A stretch of DNA of 10,105 bases from Candidatus Rifleibacteriota bacterium. GTDB lineage: Bacteria; Muiribacteriota; Ozemobacteria; Ozemobacterales; Ozemobacteraceae. The notes beneath the pieces were generated by a model. It was not told the DNA's origin. It searched no databases and saw only the letters and a list, made by a program, of their open reading frames with translations. The stretch covers positions 1 to 10,105 of the forward strand of contig JBNJGH010000115.1 of the NCBI GenBank assembly GCA_051747585.1. Reading direction: 5' to 3'. Shown here one piece after another: positions 6,387-10,105 of this stretch; within the stretch, counting starts at the first letter, position 1, and each line of letters opens with the position of its first letter. The position numbers were made by a program, and so were the translations under genes.

Positions 6387-8318
6387 ATGAGAATTTCCCG
6401 TAAATCATTCCTTTTATCGGCAATGGTCTTATTTTGCCTTTTTGCTTCGGTTTCATCTTTTGCCCAGGCTCCCAGTCTGGCATCATCAGATCACTATGTT
6501 GTAACCATTGAAACCGAAAATGGCGAAAAAGAAAACTTCACCATTATCAGAGACGGACGTATAAGGAATCATTTTTATTACGTTCCCAATCGTCCAATTG
6601 TGGCCTACACAACGAGAAACGGCAAGGCAAAGCCGATATTTCAGCTCATGAGCTACCAGACAGAAGATAAAAACAATGAGCTGATACAGGGCGGAATTCT
6701 CCAGATGTCTATGGTCATGGGAGTCTCTCAGGAAGTAAGAGATAAAATACTGCAGAAAATTACCAGCAAATTTGTTTCTGAAGATTATACTTTGCAATAC
6801 AAGCTTTCACCAATGCCTATCAAAGAAGCGCAAATCACCGTTTATGACCTGGGCGGCGACATGCTTGACCAGGAAAAACCCAAAGGTGGTATTGCGCCGA
6901 TTTTCGGCACACAGCACTATCCCTTCATGCTCAAGCTTAGTAAGCTTGGCAGCGACATGATGGAAGAACTTTCCACCAAAAACGGCGGCCTTCCGGTTCT
7001 TATTACTTATACTTTTCAGGGCATGACCCCAAAAGCGGGTTTCGAAGTTGAAGTCGACTGGGATGCCTGCTACGAACACTTCAGCACCGACACCGAACTG
7101 ACGGCAACCGTTGCCAAGAACGCAATCGGCGGATCGCTTGGCATGGATATTTCAACCCTGCGCGAAAAATTCGAGAGCGAAGGTTTAATCAAAATTGATT
7201 CTCTTACCAACGAAACAGTCACCTCAGAAGACCTAGATAATTTAATGAAACCTATTCTTGATATGATTACCAAAGAGCTCTTCGAACAAATTCATCCGCC
7301 AAAATCCATTCCGCCTGCCGAAGCAGAAAAGCTCAAAGAAGAGCAGAAAAAACCTCCAATAGCTGCTGCGGTTCAAGGCGTAACTGAATCTATTCTCAAG
7401 GCTACCAAAAGATTCTTCTGCGCCAAAGCCAAACTTGATTTTGCTCTTAAAGACGTAAAGATTGTTAAAAAAGGTAAATTTACCTATAAATTCAATCGCC
7501 AGGCAATAGTAGAAAGAACTACTTCCTTTGGCGGACTTCTGGGCATTGGCAATTATCCCAAAGAAGTTCAGGATGAATGCATTACCACAATGCCCAAAGG
7601 CAACTGGGAAAGCGCATATTTCGTGCTGCCTTCAGTCGGCAACCCTGATGCCCTTGGTCTAAGAGAAGTAAACATTTCAATTACTCCCCAGCACAAAGAC
7701 GGCTCTTACTGGAAGCAGATTTCCGGCTATGAAATAAAAACCGGCTACTTCAATAAAAACGGCAAAGCAATCTGGACAGACAAAAACAATAAAGAAGTAA
7801 CCAGATTCCTTTATCCTCTTAAAGCCCTGTATGAAACCGAAGGTTTTGATACCAGAAACTATCGCTTCAAAGTAGATACAACCATTAGCCCGGCCAAAGG
7901 CAATTCATTCAAAACTACTGCTTATATGAACATGTTCGACGGTGATTTGCCGATACCATCGCCAATGAACCTGGTCGATCAACTTACCATTGATGGCTGC
8001 TGCCTGACTTTCGGCACTTCAGAGAACGAAGTTTATAAAGCTGTGGGAATGGTTAACTCAGGCGATAACCGCTGGCGAATAAACCTTGACCAGAACAACA
8101 TGATGCAGACTTTCCTGATTCCGCAGGATAAGCAGGTAATGACCAGCCTGAAATTTGCCGGCAGCAAAGGCATGTTAGGCAACTGGATACACGCCAACAA
8201 GCCTCTTAGAGCTGTAGAGCCCAGCCTTTATTTTATGCTCTTCGATTACGACTGGGAAAAAGAAAAAGAAATCGACAAGCTTCCCGAAGACGTCTTGATA
8301 TCCAACCCCGTTCAATAA
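6387..8318 (+). CDS. Secreted hypothetical protein (Sec signal peptide), paralog A
   Basis: 643-aa ORF with GGAGG RBS. N-terminus 'MRISRKSFLLSAMVLFCLFASVSSFA|QAPSL' is a classic signal peptide. Colinear similarity to the downstream ORF. No enzymatic family recognised. Confidence 0.88.
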   Translation: MRISRKSFLLSAMVLFCLFASVSSFAQAPSLASSDHYVVTIETENGEKENFTIIRDGRIRNHFYYVPNRPIVAYTTRNGKAKPIFQLMSYQTEDKNNELIQGGILQMSMVMGVSQEVRDKILQKITSKFVSEDYTLQYKLSPMPIKEAQITVYDLGGDMLDQEKPKGGIAPIFGTQHYPFMLKLSKLGSDMMEELSTKNGGLPVLITYTFQGMTPKAGFEVEVDWDACYEHFSTDTELTATVAKNAIGGSLGMDISTLREKFESEGLIKIDSLTNETVTSEDLDNLMKPILDMITKELFEQIHPPKSIPPAEAEKLKEEQKKPPIAAAVQGVTESILKATKRFFCAKAKLDFALKDVKIVKKGKFTYKFNRQAIVERTTSFGGLLGIGNYPKEVQDECITTMPKGNWESAYFVLPSVGNPDALGLREVNISITPQHKDGSYWKQISGYEIKTGYFNKNGKAIWTDKNNKEVTRFLYPLKALYETEGFDTRNYRFKVDTTISPAKGNSFKTTAYMNMFDGDLPIPSPMNLVDQLTIDGCCLTFGTSENEVYKAVGMVNSGDNRWRINLDQNNMMQTFLIPQDKQVMTSLKFAGSKGMLGNWIHANKPLRAVEPSLYFMLFDYDWEKEKEIDKLPEDVLISNPVQ

Positions 8319-8325
8319 GGTAATA

Positions 8326-8352
8326 AGCGGGCTGCCCTCTTTGCAGCCCGCT
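8326..8352. other. Intergenic GC-rich hairpin (mRNA-stabilising or processing site, or weak terminator)
   Basis: AGCGGGCTGC (8326-8335), 7-nt loop, GCAGCCCGCT (8343-8352): a perfect 10-bp stem. No U-tract follows on the + strand. Confidence 0.65.
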
Positions 8353-8376
8353 CAAGTTAATTCTAAGGAGACATAT

Positions 8377-10105
8377 GTGAGAAAGAGAATTTTTTTACTT
8401 AAAAGCTTAACCGTATTTTTTGCTTTGATTTTTACCTGCAGCAATGTTTTTGCGCTGCCAAGCCTTGACCCAATGAAATGGGACACCCTCCAGGTAACCG
8501 AAAAAGTTGGCAAAAATACAAATGAAACAATGATAACTGTTATTCAAGATTCAAAAAGACCCCTGGTATGGTATTACGTTCCAAACCGACCAAGGCTGGC
8601 TGAAACCATAACTAAGTTGGATGGAAAAAAAATGGCACGACCGGTTTTCCAGCTCATGACCCTGCAAACCAAAGATGCCGAATCCCGTGACATCTATGAA
8701 GAAGGAATGCTGCAGTTTTCTCTAAAGATGGACCTTCAGCCAGACACTGCTTCAGAAGCCAAACAGCTGATCTTAGACAAAATCAACGAAAAAGAAAAAG
8801 ATAAAGAAGACAAAGAAAAAACTACTCTTAAAGACCTGCGCCTGCTTCCTTTGCCAGTTTCTTCCGCTTCAGTTTCTATTTATGAACCCAGCGGAAAATG
8901 GCTTTCAAGTGGTATTCAGCAACCCGCAATCGCTCCGATTTTCTCTACTCAGGCTGTTCCTTTTCAAATTAACCTGACAAGCCTCGGCGCCGATGCAATG
9001 AAATCTCTCACTCAGAAAGGCCAGGGCGGCCTGGGTGTTTACTATGAAATGCATTTTGAAGGTGTTTTGCCACCGGCTAATCTCACTGTAGAAGTTAACT
9101 GGGACCAAACTTTTGAGCATTTCAGCGAAAACACCAAGAAAAAGCATTATTGGAACGCTCTTCTATTTGCCGGTGGAACCAAAACCACTAACAAGCAGAC
9201 TATCACCGAAGATCTGGTAGAAAACAAATGTATCAAAATCACTACCGAAGGCCGAGAAGACGACCTCGAAGCTCTTCAACAGGTGCTTGATCCGATATTG
9301 CAGCGCATAAACAATGAGCTTGTCGCAAAAATGTCTCCGCCCGAAAAAGTAGACCCCGCAGAAGCCAAAGAGCCCAGCTACGGCATTGGCATGTTCTATG
9401 GTGGGGGCAGCTCCTATGCAATGAAAGACAAAAAAGTAACAAAGAGTGGTACAGAAACCTTTACTTTCAATAGATCAAAAATTATTACCAGAGCGACATC
9501 CTGCGGAACTTTCATCGGCATAGGCAATTATGATCAAAAGATCAAAGATGAAGCCAATATAGTTATGGAACCTGGCAACTGGGAAAAAGCCTACTACACT
9601 GTGCCAACAGTTGGTAATGATCCTGACCTCCTTTCAATCAGTCTCAACCAATATGTAGTCTATAAAGGCACTGGCGGAAAAACTAAAGGCGGGCACCCAA
9701 AATTCTCCGGCTGTCCAAACCCACAGCTTATAAACTGGGGTCCGAAAGCTCTTGATGGTCAGCCAGGCTGGACTTATAAAAACGATGACCCGGTTCATAA
9801 TATCAGCTGGCCTCTGCAGGCTCTCTATCAGGAAGCAAAAGATGCAGGCGTTGACATAAACGACTATGTTGAATACAAAAATGTGTTTACAATCAACGCA
9901 ACAGCTAAACAAGACTCAAGGAGCTCACTTCCTTATGAACTGAAATTGACCCAGAATTTGCCGATGATGTCAGGTGACAAACCTGTTACCAATCCGATGA
10001 CTCTGGTTGATTACCTGACCGCTTCATTTGATTACGTTACTTTTGGCGACAAAAGAGCCGGTGATGATTATGGTATTCGCAATGTGGTATGCGAAATCAA
10101 AAGAA
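8377..10105 (+). CDS. Secreted hypothetical protein (Sec signal peptide), paralog B; 3'-truncated by the window edge and absent from the ORF track
   Basis: Manual translation from GTG 8377 (RBS AAGGAG 8365-8370) stays open for 576 codons to the window end: MRKRIFLLKSLTVFFALIFTCSNVFA|LPSLDPMKWDTLQV...WYYVPNRPRLA...RPVFQLMTLQT...GNWEKAYYTVPTVGN...NVVCEIKR. Shares many motifs with 6387-8318. Confidence 0.9.
   Translation, partial: MRKRIFLLKSLTVFFALIFTCSNVFALPSLDPMKWDTLQVTEKVGKNTNETMITVIQDSKRPLVWYYVPNRPRLAETITKLDGKKMARPVFQLMTLQTKDAESRDIYEEGMLQFSLKMDLQPDTASEAKQLILDKINEKEKDKEDKEKTTLKDLRLLPLPVSSASVSIYEPSGKWLSSGIQQPAIAPIFSTQAVPFQINLTSLGADAMKSLTQKGQGGLGVYYEMHFEGVLPPANLTVEVNWDQTFEHFSENTKKKHYWNALLFAGGTKTTNKQTITEDLVENKCIKITTEGREDDLEALQQVLDPILQRINNELVAKMSPPEKVDPAEAKEPSYGIGMFYGGGSSYAMKDKKVTKSGTETFTFNRSKIITRATSCGTFIGIGNYDQKIKDEANIVMEPGNWEKAYYTVPTVGNDPDLLSISLNQYVVYKGTGGKTKGGHPKFSGCPNPQLINWGPKALDGQPGWTYKNDDPVHNISWPLQALYQEAKDAGVDINDYVEYKNVFTINATAKQDSRSSLPYELKLTQNLPMMSGDKPVTNPMTLVDYLTASFDYVTFGDKRAGDDYGIRNVVCEIKR

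Noticed and set aside
8788..8820. Purine-rich GAAAAA-type run in paralog B
   Set aside because: It simply encodes a charged low-complexity loop (EKEKDKEDKEK). The frame stays open, with no evidence of frameshifting or phase variation.
6486..9912. Short ORFs 6486-6797, 6772-6960, 6807-7079, 7070-7273, 8905-9147, 9242-9442, 9634-9912
   Set aside because: All are nested within the two long paralogous + strand ORFs, whose mutual protein similarity identifies the real frame.

Overview
Bacterial chromosomal window; all credible genes are on the + strand. (1) 171-5880 is a tightly packed six-gene run: an ADP-ribosylglycohydrolase-family protein, a MoaC-MOSC fusion, a YqgF/RuvX-like RNase H-fold nuclease, a KtrB/TrkH K+ channel with a ~240-aa extra membrane N-terminus, KtrA/TrkA, and a 2-TM sensor+HAMP-like protein with no output domain. 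(2) 5881-6386 is intergenic and holds a ~215-bp nested palindromic element: 9-nt-periodic outer arms, a perfect 15-bp stem, a perfect 28-bp hairpin and two GAA-loop minihairpins. A similar periodic arm sits at the very start of the window. (3) 6387 to the end holds two tandem, clearly paralogous, signal-peptide-bearing proteins of unknown function. The second (GTG 8377, >576 aa, runs off the window) is missing from the ORF track and was translated by hand. The best novelty candidates are the secreted paralog pair, the palindromic element and the extended Ktr module. All calls come from motif recognition by eye; no searches were run.
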